DNA of 34,889 bases, taken from positions 1 to 34,889 of the forward strand of contig CAZWJU010000003.1 in the NCBI GenBank assembly GCA_964634365.1. Reading direction: 5' to 3'. Positions 7,292 to 17,526 of the stretch are shown here, piece by piece. The position numbers and the translations under genes were made by a program. Each line of letters starts with the position of its first letter. The stretch's first letter is position 1. The stretch is from an uncultured Candidatus Saccharibacteria bacterium (GTDB taxonomy: Bacteria > Patescibacteriota > Minisyncoccia > Phycocordibacterales > UBA9973). The notes under the pieces were generated by a model. It did no database searches. It had not been told where the DNA came from and was given only the letters and a program-made list of their open reading frames with translations.

Positions 7292-8827
7292 TTATTTGGA
7301 TTCTGACATAATTATATACTCATCTGCTTCTAGCCCACCGACAATCTCAACCAAAGCACCATCTAGGTACTCACCTGTTGAAACTTCACGCAAGACACTG
7401 TCGTCACCATTTGGATATGGTGATACTTTCACAGACTTTTTACCATCGGCATCAACCAAAGATCGTATTGGTACAGCAATTATATTTAATTTGTCAGCCA
7501 CAATAACTTTTATATTTGCTGTCATACCAGGCCTGATTCGATCATCTGCATTTTCAAGCGAGATAGTGATTTTATAATTTACTACACTAGAAACAACGGT
7601 AGGTGCTATATCAATATTTATTACTGAACCGTAGAATACTTCATTTGAAGACGAGTCAAATGTGATTTCTACCTTCTGGCCGTTTTGAATATTTAAAATA
7701 TTTGATTCATTTATATTTGCCTCTATATACAAATTGTCTACATCCTGAACTACTACCACAGGATCAAATGCTTCTACTCTCTCACCAATATTTGCATCTA
7801 TTTTAGTAACCTTTCCACTAGCAGGTGCACGTATGATTGTCTCTTCTAAGAGAGCGACTGCGCCAGCATAGACACCTTGCGCAGAAACTAAATTGGCATA
7901 AGCAATTTTAGTATCTCCTGTAGATACTTGTGTTTTCTTTATTTCTAAATCTGCTTCTAGTTCACTAATAACCTTCTGCTTTGTGCTCAAAGCTAGATTG
8001 TAAGTATTTAGATTAGATGCGTATTCTGAACTAGATTTATTTGGTATATCAATAATCCAATCCTTCCCTGAATTAAAACCAGATGGGAATATAATTGTAA
8101 GTCCACATTCACCTATCGGAACAGAAACATCTGTCTTAACACTACCAGTAAAACCTTCCTCTAATCCATGAACCTCAAAAGAATACCCAGACGAAGCTCC
8201 CGATGCATACATGTCTAATGTATAAGAACCTTCTTCCCCGCATAAATAGGAACCTGAAATCGTAGGAGCAGAAACATCTTGATCTCCATCTTCTGAAACA
8301 GCTTCTAGTCCGCTAGAAAGTAGCGTTCGGTACGCATTTTCAACCAATGTATCTTGTTCTACTTTGGCGTTTTCAAGTTCGAGCTCAGCTTTAGCAATCT
8401 CCTGATTCTGAGTTACATCTATAGCGCTGTTGTATTCAGCTTCTGCTTTCAATAGAGCTCCTCTGGCTTGCATAACTTCTGCATTTTCATTTCCAGCTTC
8501 GAGTGTAGCTAAAATTTGACCCTGTTTTACTAAATCACCAACACCTACACTTATACTCTTAACAGTGCCGGATTTTTTAAATGGAAGAGTTAGGTCTATG
8601 TCACTTGTTACCTCACCTGTAGCTTCTATAGTCTTTTGGTGGTTTCCATAAGAAATTTTTTGTATCTCTTTGGTGCCTCCGTTGTTTTGCAAAATAATTA
8701 CAATAAAAATAAAGGCGATTATGACGCTTGGCCAAAATATTTTCTTTTTACTGTAGAAAAAAGCAATCTTTGCTTTTAGAAAAGAAATTAATCTCGCAAA
8801 TTTATTTTTAGATTCTGGAAAATTCAT
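7292..8827 (-). CDS. HlyD/membrane-fusion-protein family periplasmic adaptor
   Basis: N-terminal TM anchor, a lipoyl-like motif (GTVKSISVGVGDLVKQGQILATLE), coiled-coil arms and a beta-barrel (IIRAPASGKVTKIDANIGERV...RPGMTANIKV). Confidence 0.85.
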   Translation of the reverse strand: MNFPESKNKFARLISFLKAKIAFFYSKKKIFWPSVIIAFIFIVIILQNNGGTKEIQKISYGNHQKTIEATGEVTSDIDLTLPFKKSGTVKSISVGVGDLVKQGQILATLEAGNENAEVMQARGALLKAEAEYNSAIDVTQNQEIAKAELELENAKVEQDTLVENAYRTLLSSGLEAVSEDGDQDVSAPTISGSYLCGEEGSYTLDMYASGASSGYSFEVHGLEEGFTGSVKTDVSVPIGECGLTIIFPSGFNSGKDWIIDIPNKSSSEYASNLNTYNLALSTKQKVISELEADLEIKKTQVSTGDTKIAYANLVSAQGVYAGAVALLEETIIRAPASGKVTKIDANIGERVEAFDPVVVVQDVDNLYIEANINESNILNIQNGQKVEITFDSSSNEVFYGSVINIDIAPTVVSSVVNYKITISLENADDRIRPGMTANIKVIVADKLNIIAVPIRSLVDADGKKSVKVSPYPNGDDSVLREVSTGEYLDGALVEIVGGLEADEYIIMSESK

Positions 8828-8882
8828 GATTATTTAAATATAACACAATAAACAATCTTTTTAAAATAAAAAATAAAACTTA

Positions 8883-8910
8883 TTCACAAAATACAAAAAT
8901 ATTGTATAAT
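8883..8910 (+). promoter_or_regulatory. putative promoter of the sugar-transferase gene, near-leaderless
   Basis: TTCACA (8883-8888), a 16-nt spacer, then TATAAT (8905-8910). The ATG is at 8918, only 7 nt after the -10 element. Confidence 0.45.
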
Positions 8911-8917
8911 CCAAAAT

Positions 8918-10192
8918 ATGAACTCAACTAGAAAAATAATCCTTTTCTTGGGCGATTGCTTGGCACTTATAGTGTCTTTTTTGGTTATGCTTTTTATAGA
9001 CCAAATGGGTATGCCCTCAGGAGAGGTTTTTTCTATACACACAGGACCATTTACAATCTTGTTTCTAATATCAATCTTTATATTTTTTATTTTGGATTTA
9101 TATGAAATACGCTTCGCAAAAGCAAACCCTCTAACAATAGGAAGAATCGGTTTAGCATTTTTAATAAGTCTAATCTTGGGAGCAATATTGTTTTATACGA
9201 TTCCATACTTCGGTATTGCGCCAAAATTAAACTTATTAATTTTTACTGTAGTAGGATTTATTTTGGTTATAAACTGGCGCAGAATATTTTCTAAGTTATT
9301 TGCAAATACTTTTATAAGACGTATTGCTATTTTAGGTAAAACAGAAGAAACAGAGCTTCTTAAAAATGAAATTGTAGAACATTCTTATATTGGGACCTAT
9401 GTTGGGTCTTTTGAAAAAATAGAAGATATAAAAGACAAGAACATAGACATGATAGTCGTAGCCGCACCAGCAACAAACGATCTTGTGATAGGCAGTAGTG
9501 CTTTAGGGAAAGACATAATAAGAGTGAGCGAGGCTTACGAAGAAATATTTAGCAAAACACCACTGAACCTAATGGACAACGAAACCGCTCTGCAGATAAT
9601 AGAGGGCAGTAAAACATCCACTTCTTTTGTTTTATGGAGACTAGTCGAGATAATACTAGCCTTGTTTGTACTGGTAATCACATCCCCTTTTACAATACTT
9701 TCTATTATTGCAATCGTACTGGAAAATGGCTTCCCTGTATTCTATAACCAAGAACGTGTTGGTAAGGGTGGAAAAATTTTCAAAATTCATAAGCTAAGAA
9801 CAATGCGAAAAGATGCAGAGAAAAACGGAGCAACATGGGCCGAGAAAAATGACCCTCGAGTAACTCGGGTTGGAAAAATATTGAGAAAGCTTCATATAGA
9901 CGAAATACCTCAGATGATAAATATAATCAAAGGTGAGATCGCACTAGTAGGACCAAGACCAGAGCGACCAGAGTTTGTAAGAGAGCTAGAACAGACCATC
10001 CCCTACTACTTTTTAAGACACATAGTAAGACCTGGATTTACAGGCTGGGCGCAAATAAAATACAGATATGCTAGAAGTGTTCTAGATTCAAAAGAAAAAT
10101 TTGAATACGATCTATTCTATCTAAAAAGAAAAAACCTACTACTTGATATAGGTATAATGGTAAAAACTGTCCAAATAATATTCACTCATTAA
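8918..10192 (+). CDS. polyprenyl-phosphate glycosyl-1-phosphate transferase (large WbaP/WcaJ-type bacterial sugar transferase)
   Basis: N-terminal TM bundle and a central Rossmann-like domain. The C-terminal Bac_transf core reads PVFYNQERVGKGGKIFKIHKLRTM...DPRVTRVGKILRKLHIDEIPQMINIIKGEIALVGPRPERPEF. Confidence 0.9.
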   Translation: MNSTRKIILFLGDCLALIVSFLVMLFIDQMGMPSGEVFSIHTGPFTILFLISIFIFFILDLYEIRFAKANPLTIGRIGLAFLISLILGAILFYTIPYFGIAPKLNLLIFTVVGFILVINWRRIFSKLFANTFIRRIAILGKTEETELLKNEIVEHSYIGTYVGSFEKIEDIKDKNIDMIVVAAPATNDLVIGSSALGKDIIRVSEAYEEIFSKTPLNLMDNETALQIIEGSKTSTSFVLWRLVEIILALFVLVITSPFTILSIIAIVLENGFPVFYNQERVGKGGKIFKIHKLRTMRKDAEKNGATWAEKNDPRVTRVGKILRKLHIDEIPQMINIIKGEIALVGPRPERPEFVRELEQTIPYYFLRHIVRPGFTGWAQIKYRYARSVLDSKEKFEYDLFYLKRKNLLLDIGIMVKTVQIIFTH

Positions 10193-10219
10193 AATACTTC
10201 TTTGTAAAAAAGAAGTATT
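10193..10219 (+). other. perfect 11-bp stem-loop without U-tract between the initiating transferase and epimerase genes
   Basis: AATACTTCTTT-GTAAA-AAAGAAGTATT, starting the base after the stop codon. Confidence 0.5.
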
Positions 10220-10240
10220 GCTGATAACATAAACCTGTCT

Positions 10241-11161
10241 ATGACAAACAGTCCTAAAAACAAAAGAATGATCGTAACTGGCGGAGCGGGTTTTATAGGC
10301 TCACATCTATCCGAAGAGTTACTAAAACAAGGCTACGAAGTTATCGTGGTAGACAATCTTTACCAAGGTAAAAAAGAGAGAGTTCCAAAAGGAGCAACTC
10401 TAGTAGTCGAAGATATTAGAAACTTTGAAGCACTTGTAGATATATTTCGTGGCGCTGATACAGTTTTTCATCTTGCGGCAATCCCCCGTGTACCTTTTTC
10501 TATTGAATATCCAGCGGAGACAAACGATGTAAATATAAATGGAACTCTAAATGTACTACGCGCAGCAAAAGATGCGGGTGTTCGTAGAGTTATATATTCA
10601 GCATCAAGTTCTGCGTACGGAGAACAGACCAAGCTCCCGCTAACAGAAGACATGACTCCTATGCCTATACATCCGTATGGAGTTCAAAAGCATGTTGGCG
10701 AACTTTACTGTAAAACATTTAGCACTGTCTATGGAGTAGAAACTGTGTGCTTGAGATATTTCAACGTATACGGACCACACCAAGATCCAGATGGACCATA
10801 TGCAGGAGTAGTTGTAAAATTTTTGAAAGCAAAAAAGGAAGGTAAAGCTCTAACCATAGTCGGAGATGGATTACAGAGTAGAGATTTTACTCATGTGTCT
10901 GATGTTGTAAATGCAAATATTTTAGCTATGCAAAGTGATCAAGTCGGAGCTGGGGATGTTGTAAACATAGGATATGGAAAAAATATAACAGTACTTGATC
11001 TTGCAAAAATAATCGGCGGGGAGCTAGTTTATGAACCAGAGAGAAAAGAAGCCAAACACAGCCTAGCGGATATAACAAAAACAAAAAGATTACTTGGATG
11101 GGAGCCTAAGGTCCCTATAGAAGAAGGTCTAAAAGACCTTATGAAGCATTTCGGACTCTAG
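10241..11161 (+). CDS. NAD-dependent nucleotide-sugar epimerase/dehydratase (extended SDR, GalE/WbpP-like)
   Basis: VTGGAGFIGSHL Rossmann motif, SASSSAYG, and catalytic YGVQK (YxxxK). Confidence 0.88.
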   Translation: MTNSPKNKRMIVTGGAGFIGSHLSEELLKQGYEVIVVDNLYQGKKERVPKGATLVVEDIRNFEALVDIFRGADTVFHLAAIPRVPFSIEYPAETNDVNINGTLNVLRAAKDAGVRRVIYSASSSAYGEQTKLPLTEDMTPMPIHPYGVQKHVGELYCKTFSTVYGVETVCLRYFNVYGPHQDPDGPYAGVVVKFLKAKKEGKALTIVGDGLQSRDFTHVSDVVNANILAMQSDQVGAGDVVNIGYGKNITVLDLAKIIGGELVYEPERKEAKHSLADITKTKRLLGWEPKVPIEEGLKDLMKHFGL

Positions 11162-11164
11162 ACA

Positions 11165-11830
11165 CTAGAGTTTAGAATCTATATCTTCAACAATTTTTAT
11201 ATAGTCAAAAGGTTTACGCAAAGAGTTATCTATTTCTAGAAAAATTTCTGGATTTTTTTCTTTTATAATACTCTTAACCTTCATATAGTTAGATTTCTGA
11301 GAAACTATCCATTTATTTAGATATTCACTGCCCGCTATAACACGCGGGTTGTTGTGTGCGTCTACTAAAGATGTAAACCTATCAAAATTGCCACCGTCTA
11401 GCACCAATACCAAGCCAACCCAATTTGGAAAAAAATTAATATACTTTTTTATATTTTTATCTGTTTCTTCTGTTTCTAAAATAGATAGATACCTCTGAAA
11501 CAAACCTTCGTCTATCAAAAAAATCTTATATGAAAAAATAGACTCTATCTTCGCCTTCATTAACTTTGAACATGAGAGCGTGAAAAGGTGTAGAACATAA
11601 GACCTAACCACTCTATTGCATCGTCTTATATATAAAAAAGAAAAGTAAACAAAACGTGGATTGAGTATAAAAAATAATGCAAAATAAAAAATTCTAAATA
11701 TCTTATTTTTTACCTCAACTTGTACTATTTCTTTTGAGCCCCCTTCTGTTAATATTTTAGATAGGGTTGTTTTGCCAGATCCAGGTAAACCAAATAATTC
11801 AATTATTTTATTTTTTCTTCGCTTTGACAT
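11165..11830 (-). CDS. P-loop NTPase of unknown function
   Basis: Walker A GLPGSGKTTLSKIL and Walker-B-like IFLIDEG, with an unusual hydrophobic segment (IFRIFYFALFFILNPRFVYFSFLYI) between them. Confidence 0.55.
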   Translation of the reverse strand: MSKRRKNKIIELFGLPGSGKTTLSKILTEGGSKEIVQVEVKNKIFRIFYFALFFILNPRFVYFSFLYIRRCNRVVRSYVLHLFTLSCSKLMKAKIESIFSYKIFLIDEGLFQRYLSILETEETDKNIKKYINFFPNWVGLVLVLDGGNFDRFTSLVDAHNNPRVIAGSEYLNKWIVSQKSNYMKVKSIIKEKNPEIFLEIDNSLRKPFDYIKIVEDIDSKL

Positions 11831-12569
11831 AAAAACTCTCAGATAAATATCCTAAAAATCCAACGGGCAGTACTCTCCATGGGAGTACTAGAACAAAAGA
11901 CTGGAGTGCGCTTGAAATAAATCTAAAAAATCCAAATTTCAACAATTTTCCAAATATTGCTGGTTTTACATCTTCTATTTCGAATCCATTTGACTCAAGC
12001 ATATGCAAAAAATGCTTTATATCGACCTGATCAGAGTGCAATGTCTTGTTTTTTAAATTTGTATGAAAATTGTATTTACTGCTTTTTGTAACAACTATAA
12101 GCTCACCACCCTGCTTCAGTAGTCTATTCATCTCACTAACTGCAAAATTTTTATCTTTGAAGTATTCGAAATTTCTAATAGATATAAAATTATCAAAACT
12201 TCCACTAGGTAATTTGTTCTCTAGAAAGTCACCCTGGATAAAATCCACTTTCGCTGTCTTTTCTTTTAATCTATCTTTTGCTCTAGATAGCATCTCCTCT
12301 GATACATCTAAATATGTAAGATGCTCTATTTTGTCTACATAAAACATAGTCCACATAGCATCTCCACCACCGACTTCGAGAACATTTCCTGATAGACCTG
12401 AAAAAGCTCTTTTTAGGGTTCTTTTAGTTTGCTCAAAATGAGACTCGTGCACTGGAGTTTTGTGCCATCTGTCATATGCATATTCGCCACCATCTTTTGA
12501 CAAGAAGGTGTCGTAATATTCTTTTACATATTGTGCGTCGAGATTTTGGTCTTTTACTTGAATACTCAT
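11808..12569 (-). CDS. class I SAM-dependent methyltransferase
   Basis: Motif I VLEVGGGDAMW, an acidic post-I residue (YLDVSEEM), and motif LLKQGGELIVV. Confidence 0.8.
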   Translation of the reverse strand: MSIQVKDQNLDAQYVKEYYDTFLSKDGGEYAYDRWHKTPVHESHFEQTKRTLKRAFSGLSGNVLEVGGGDAMWTMFYVDKIEHLTYLDVSEEMLSRAKDRLKEKTAKVDFIQGDFLENKLPSGSFDNFISIRNFEYFKDKNFAVSEMNRLLKQGGELIVVTKSSKYNFHTNLKNKTLHSDQVDIKHFLHMLESNGFEIEDVKPAIFGKLLKFGFFRFISSALQSFVLVLPWRVLPVGFLGYLSESFYVKAKKK

Positions 12570-12696
12570 AAATGTATAGTTAAGTATACATTTATGCTAG
12601 ACATAGTAAAGAAAATCACTTATAAATAGTAAGTATTTTATAGAAAAATCTTAAGGTGGTCGGGGCTTATAAAACCACAAAAAACACACAAAATCC

Positions 12697-13596
12697 ATGT
12701 CTAATAAAATATTTAAAACAATAACTAAAAAGACAAGTAACTGGTTGTATAAACTATTTTTTTTATGCGTCTTCAAAAAAGCGAGGTACGAAAGTATATT
12801 GCCTTTAAAAAAAGACTTACTGATTATTAGCGTGGCTTTCAATAACTCAGAAACAATATCAATCCAATACAGTCACTTAGTAAAAAATCTAAAAGAAGAT
12901 TTCGATTACCTAATCGCAGATAATTCAAGTAAAGAAAATATATCAGATGAGTTAAAGATTTTCTGCGAAAAAAACAATCTCTCTTATATCAGGCTACCTA
13001 AAAACCCTCTAACAAACATACGCACAAGCGGATCTCATAGTATTGCACTAAATTGGTGCTACAGAAATATAATCAAAAAAAATAAACCGAAATATTTTGG
13101 CTTATTGGATCACGATATATTTCCAATTAGAGATGTCGAAATAGTTAAAAATATGAAAAATGGTTTTTGGGGTGTGGTTCGTACAAAAAAAGAAAAGTGG
13201 TGGTACTTTTGGCCAGGTTTTTCTTTTTTTGAATATGAAAAATTTAAAAAATACAGATTCGACTTTTTCCCATACCATGCTGACAGGAACGGTTTGATTT
13301 TCTTGGACACAGGTGGATCAAACTATAATTCAATATGTAAAAAAATTGATAGAAATAGCATATCTGTGGCCGAGAGCGTGATAATCGATATACCAACCAA
13401 AAAACCTTTGGTTATAGGACGCGACTCCAGTCAAACATTTGAGATAATAGATAACAAGTGGATGCATATAAGACAAATTTCGTGGAGAGAAGAATCCTTC
13501 AATAAAATGTCAGAGTTTGATGGTATTATTAATATTGCAAACGAAATTATAGAAGAAAATTCAAAAAACAAGGCATGGCAAAATTCGAATGGGTAA
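12697..13596 (+). CDS. GT-A fold glycosyltransferase (GT2-like)
   Basis: LLIISVAFNNSETI...YLIADNSS and a DxD-like LLDHDIFP. It is the first gene of a tightly packed ten-gene plus-strand operon. Confidence 0.55.
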   Translation: MSNKIFKTITKKTSNWLYKLFFLCVFKKARYESILPLKKDLLIISVAFNNSETISIQYSHLVKNLKEDFDYLIADNSSKENISDELKIFCEKNNLSYIRLPKNPLTNIRTSGSHSIALNWCYRNIIKKNKPKYFGLLDHDIFPIRDVEIVKNMKNGFWGVVRTKKEKWWYFWPGFSFFEYEKFKKYRFDFFPYHADRNGLIFLDTGGSNYNSICKKIDRNSISVAESVIIDIPTKKPLVIGRDSSQTFEIIDNKWMHIRQISWREESFNKMSEFDGIINIANEIIEENSKNKAWQNSNG

Positions 13597-14816
13597 TAAA
13601 AAAGTTTGATACTTTTTTTCAACTAAATACTAAAAAAATACTGGGCCAAGCATCATATCTGCTAGGTGGACACGTTGTAAGCAATATACTTTCTTTTCTA
13701 GTAGCAGTTGCTGCAGCACGTTTTATAAGCAAAGATACTTACGGAACATATCGCTACATACTATCTATAGTAGGTTTTGTTGGGGCTTTTTCTCTAACTG
13801 GTTTGTCGACTGCGATCGTAAGAGATGTAGCCCGCGGTTATGACAATATTTTCAAGACATCTTTTATAAGATCGCTTGTCTGGTCAACACCAGCATTTGT
13901 TATGGGAATAGGTGCGGGTGTCTGGTATCTAATGCACGACAATCTCGTTTTGGGATTTTCAATAGTACTAGGAAGTATATTGTTCCCTGTTATCCAAGCA
14001 CTCCTTTTATATAGATCTTATCTAAACGGAAAAAGATATTTTCGCGCACTAATGAAAAGCAATATCGCATATTCTGTTGTAACTTCATTTGCAATTTTAG
14101 CGACACTATTCTTCAATCCATCAGTAACTACACTGGTAATTGTGTATTACGTTTCAAACATAGTTATTCTTTTTATTCTAAAAATAATAATCCAAAACAA
14201 ATTCAAACCAAATGCAGAAAAAGATCCTGAAAATGGAAAACTGGAGCATCACATGAGTCTAATGAACATATTGGATATAGGAGCGACTCAACTAGACAAA
14301 ATAATAATTTTTCAAATTGCAGGACCTATAGAAGTGGCGCGCTACACTTTCGCCACAATGATCCCAGAACAATTGCGCAATGTCATAAAATATATTCCGA
14401 CTCTCTCGATGCCAATATTTTCTGAACTCCCAAAAGATACAGCAAAATCAAAAGGTCTATTCTTGGTAAAAAAATTATTTCTAATTACTATTCCCTTTGT
14501 TGCTTTATATATACTAATATCTCCTATTGCATACAAAATATTGTTCCCTGCATATACTGAGGTAGTTTTATATTCACAAGTATTTTCTCTTATTCTTATA
14601 TTCGATGGAGGGATTAGCGGTGCAGTACTCAAGGCACAAAATCAAATCAAAAGTTTATACTGGGTCAATATTACTTCAAACATTGCACGCGTAATATTGC
14701 TTTTAATATTTGGATATATGTGGGGTATCTGGGGAGTTATTGCATCAAGAATAATCGGACGAGTATTGAGCTTTTTAATTGCATACGTTTTGGTGCTTAA
14801 GATGAAAACTAATTAA
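13575..14816 (+). CDS. Wzx-type oligosaccharide flippase (MOP superfamily polysaccharide biosynthesis protein)
   Basis: 413 aa with about 12 predicted TM helices and the typical N-terminus (ILGQASYLLGGHVVSNILSFLVAVAAARFISKDTYG). Confidence 0.75.
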   Translation: MAKFEWVIKKFDTFFQLNTKKILGQASYLLGGHVVSNILSFLVAVAAARFISKDTYGTYRYILSIVGFVGAFSLTGLSTAIVRDVARGYDNIFKTSFIRSLVWSTPAFVMGIGAGVWYLMHDNLVLGFSIVLGSILFPVIQALLLYRSYLNGKRYFRALMKSNIAYSVVTSFAILATLFFNPSVTTLVIVYYVSNIVILFILKIIIQNKFKPNAEKDPENGKLEHHMSLMNILDIGATQLDKIIIFQIAGPIEVARYTFATMIPEQLRNVIKYIPTLSMPIFSELPKDTAKSKGLFLVKKLFLITIPFVALYILISPIAYKILFPAYTEVVLYSQVFSLILIFDGGISGAVLKAQNQIKSLYWVNITSNIARVILLLIFGYMWGIWGVIASRIIGRVLSFLIAYVLVLKMKTN

Positions 14817-14817
14817 A

Positions 14818-15996
14818 ATGAATCAGCTAAATAAAAATAAAAAAATATTAATAATTGTTTTGCTTACAATAATTTCAATCAGCTTTAGTCTGCTTTTACT
14901 AAAAGTTATCCCCGCGCTCCCAGTAATATCAGATTCAAAAGACTATCATGATATAGCGACAGGTATTGTTTCAGACCTAACCTATATAACAATCTCAGAT
15001 GATCTAATTTTATACCCGCCTTTATATCCGATTTTTATATCTATAATATATAAATTTACACATATAGGTTTTTTTGATGGAATTTATTTTGTTCAAAGCT
15101 TGCTTGTATTTGGTATTTCATTGATTACTTTTACAATCTTAAAAAGAAACGCGGGTATACCTAACAAACTGGCAATTTTTGCCTCAGTTGTAGTTTTTTT
15201 CTGGCCATATTTCATACTGTATTCGGAGCTAGTAAGTTCTGAGATACTATATTCTTTTTTGCTAGCTCTATCTGTACTCATGTTTTTAAAGATAAACAAT
15301 GAATCGAGTATAAAAATTGTCGCTATCACTGGCATATTGTTTGGGCTTGCGATACTTGCAAGACCAGTAGCACTGCTTTTACTTCCATGGATAATAATTG
15401 GTTTGTTCTTTATGCAAAAGCTACCTAAAATATTTGGAAATATTTTAATACCTTGGAAAAAGTATTTTCTGGTTTTATTGATAACTATAGTAACAGTTGT
15501 ACCATGGGAGCTTTATGTGAAAATAAAATACGATAGATTTATCCCAGTAGCATCTAATTTGTCTTTTGTTTTTGATAAAGCAAATAAAACACTTGCTTAC
15601 TTACCAGACGAAGGAGTGACTACAGAAAGTGCTTTCTCTAAACTTATAAAAGCTAAGGCGAGAAATGTTTATCTATTCTGGGATCCAGGGGCAAGCGGAT
15701 ATCACCTAGAAATATTAAAAGAAAAATATCCCAAAGCAGGTTACTTAGTTTTATTGTATAAAATTGTATTTTTCGTAATTTTAGCCACAGCTTTGCTCAC
15801 TTCTATTTTCTATAGAAAAGATAGAGTTGTAATACTTCTAACTACAATCATATTATACTTCTGGGCACTGCATACAGTACTATTCCCTTTCCCTAGATAT
15901 ACCTTGCCCATAATACCGTTTGTGATTATACTCTCAACAATAGGATTATATAGATTTGGAACTACTTTCACATGGATCAAAAGAATAAAATTTTAA
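14818..15996 (+). CDS. GT-C fold membrane glycosyltransferase (ArnT/PMT_2-like, polyprenyl-P-sugar dependent)
   Basis: 392 aa and polytopic. It shows the SDSKDYHDIA...YPPLYP loop after TM1, and ILARPVALLL, as is typical of family-39-like enzymes. Confidence 0.6.
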   Translation: MNQLNKNKKILIIVLLTIISISFSLLLLKVIPALPVISDSKDYHDIATGIVSDLTYITISDDLILYPPLYPIFISIIYKFTHIGFFDGIYFVQSLLVFGISLITFTILKRNAGIPNKLAIFASVVVFFWPYFILYSELVSSEILYSFLLALSVLMFLKINNESSIKIVAITGILFGLAILARPVALLLLPWIIIGLFFMQKLPKIFGNILIPWKKYFLVLLITIVTVVPWELYVKIKYDRFIPVASNLSFVFDKANKTLAYLPDEGVTTESAFSKLIKAKARNVYLFWDPGASGYHLEILKEKYPKAGYLVLLYKIVFFVILATALLTSIFYRKDRVVILLTTIILYFWALHTVLFPFPRYTLPIIPFVIILSTIGLYRFGTTFTWIKRIKF

Positions 15997-16937
15997 TATT
16001 TCTTCCAGCACAAAACGAGGCTAAGACAATCGCCTCTGTTATAGATGACGCAAAAAAAGAGCTCAGAAACCACTCAGTGGAAACAGATTTTTTAGTTATC
16101 AACGACGGCTCAACAGACGAAACAAAAAACGAAGCAGAGAAATCTGGAGCTTTTGTAATTGACCACAAAGAAAAAAGGGGCTTGGGTTTTGTTTTTAGAG
16201 AAGCTGTAGAATACGCTAGAAAAAACAGTTATGAAATACTCGTGACCATCGATTCCGATAAACAATTTAAAGAATCTGAAATTATAAATTTCATTAGAAT
16301 CTTGGAAAAAGGTGAAGCTGATTTTGTTACAGGATCAAGATTCCTCTCTGATTCAAAAACAACAAACATAAGCAAGGTGAAAAAACTTGGCAACAAAGTA
16401 GGTGCCTGGTATATCAGCTCTATATTAAAGAAAAATTTTAGTGACGTTACTTGTGGGTTCCGTGGCTACAATCGTGAAGCACTGCTTCATCTGCATACAT
16501 TTTCAGATTTTACTTATACACAAGAGGTATTTTTAAACCTTGGTATTAAAAAATTGTCTATAAAAGAAATACCCATAACCACTATTTATCACAACGATAG
16601 AAAATCAAAAATGGTAAAAAGTATTTTTTCTTATATATCAAAATCACTAAAGATAATACTTAAATTTGCCATAGTATATGCTCCTATGAGACTTTTTGGA
16701 ACTCTTGGAAATCTATCTTTCTTGGTATCAATCGTATCTGGAGTATTTGTATTTTTCTGGAATAGAGCAACGGGTGAAGTGACTCCATATAAGTGGCTGG
16801 GTGTTTTAGGGGTCTCGGCAGGAGGAGCTGGACTTCTCTTTTACTCTGTCGGTATACTCTTGCAAATAACTAGCCGAATACAATTAACAATAGAAGAACA
16901 ATTATATCTAGCGAAAAAAAATTTATATGGAAAATAG
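15972..16937 (+). CDS. polyprenyl-phosphate glycosyltransferase (GT2, GtrB/ArnC/DPM1-like)
   Basis: ILIFLPAQNEAKTI..LVINDGSTDET..TIDSDKQF..GSRF, plus two C-terminal TM helices. Confidence 0.85.
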   Translation: MDQKNKILIFLPAQNEAKTIASVIDDAKKELRNHSVETDFLVINDGSTDETKNEAEKSGAFVIDHKEKRGLGFVFREAVEYARKNSYEILVTIDSDKQFKESEIINFIRILEKGEADFVTGSRFLSDSKTTNISKVKKLGNKVGAWYISSILKKNFSDVTCGFRGYNREALLHLHTFSDFTYTQEVFLNLGIKKLSIKEIPITTIYHNDRKSKMVKSIFSYISKSLKIILKFAIVYAPMRLFGTLGNLSFLVSIVSGVFVFFWNRATGEVTPYKWLGVLGVSAGGAGLLFYSVGILLQITSRIQLTIEEQLYLAKKNLYGK

Positions 16938-17526
16938 AAGAGTCACACAATTTACAGATAAATATAAAAAATCCGGTAAAATAGGAGCATTTTTATTGAA
17001 AAGATTCTTTTCTACAATATCGAAAACAATACCTAGTGACGTAAGCTCTGTCGCCGAGATAGGATGTGGAGCTGGATATTCTACAGAAGTATTACGTAGA
17101 TATTTCAAAAAAGAAGTCCCCTTTTTTGCTTCAGACGTCGACGAGGAGCTCGTTAAAATAGCAGGATCAAAAAATAGTAATGTCTCTTTTTCTGCAGAAT
17201 CAATATACAAATTGAATCATCAAGATAATTCATTTGACCTAGTTTTCTGCCTTGAGGTCATGGAACATTTAGAAAAACCAGAAGAAGCGCTGAAGGAACT
17301 TCGTCGTGTTACTAAAAAATACGCAATCATAAGTGTACCCAGAGAGCCTTTGTGGAGAATTTTAAATATGTGCAGAGGTTCATATCTAAAAGACTTCGGG
17401 AATACTCCTGGTCATATAAATCATTGGTCAAGAAGCAAAATAGGTAAATTCGTTTCAAAAGAGTTTGATGTTATAGATATAAAAAGTTCTATACCTTGGA
17501 CTATTGTGTTAGCGAAAAAGAAATGA
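16927..17526 (+). CDS. class I SAM-dependent methyltransferase
   Basis: Motif I VAEIGCGAGYST, then FDLVFCLEVMEHLEKPEEALKELRRVTKKYAIISVP. Confidence 0.8.
   Translation: MENRRVTQFTDKYKKSGKIGAFLLKRFFSTISKTIPSDVSSVAEIGCGAGYSTEVLRRYFKKEVPFFASDVDEELVKIAGSKNSNVSFSAESIYKLNHQDNSFDLVFCLEVMEHLEKPEEALKELRRVTKKYAIISVPREPLWRILNMCRGSYLKDFGNTPGHINHWSRSKIGKFVSKEFDVIDIKSSIPWTIVLAKKK

Noticed and set aside
12570-12593. Perfect 9-bp palindrome AAATGTATA-GTTAAG-TATACATTT abutting the start codon of the methyltransferase gene in the divergent intergenic region
   Set aside because: It is AT-only and short, so it is easily produced by chance in a genome this AT-rich. It could be an operator, but nothing else supports that.
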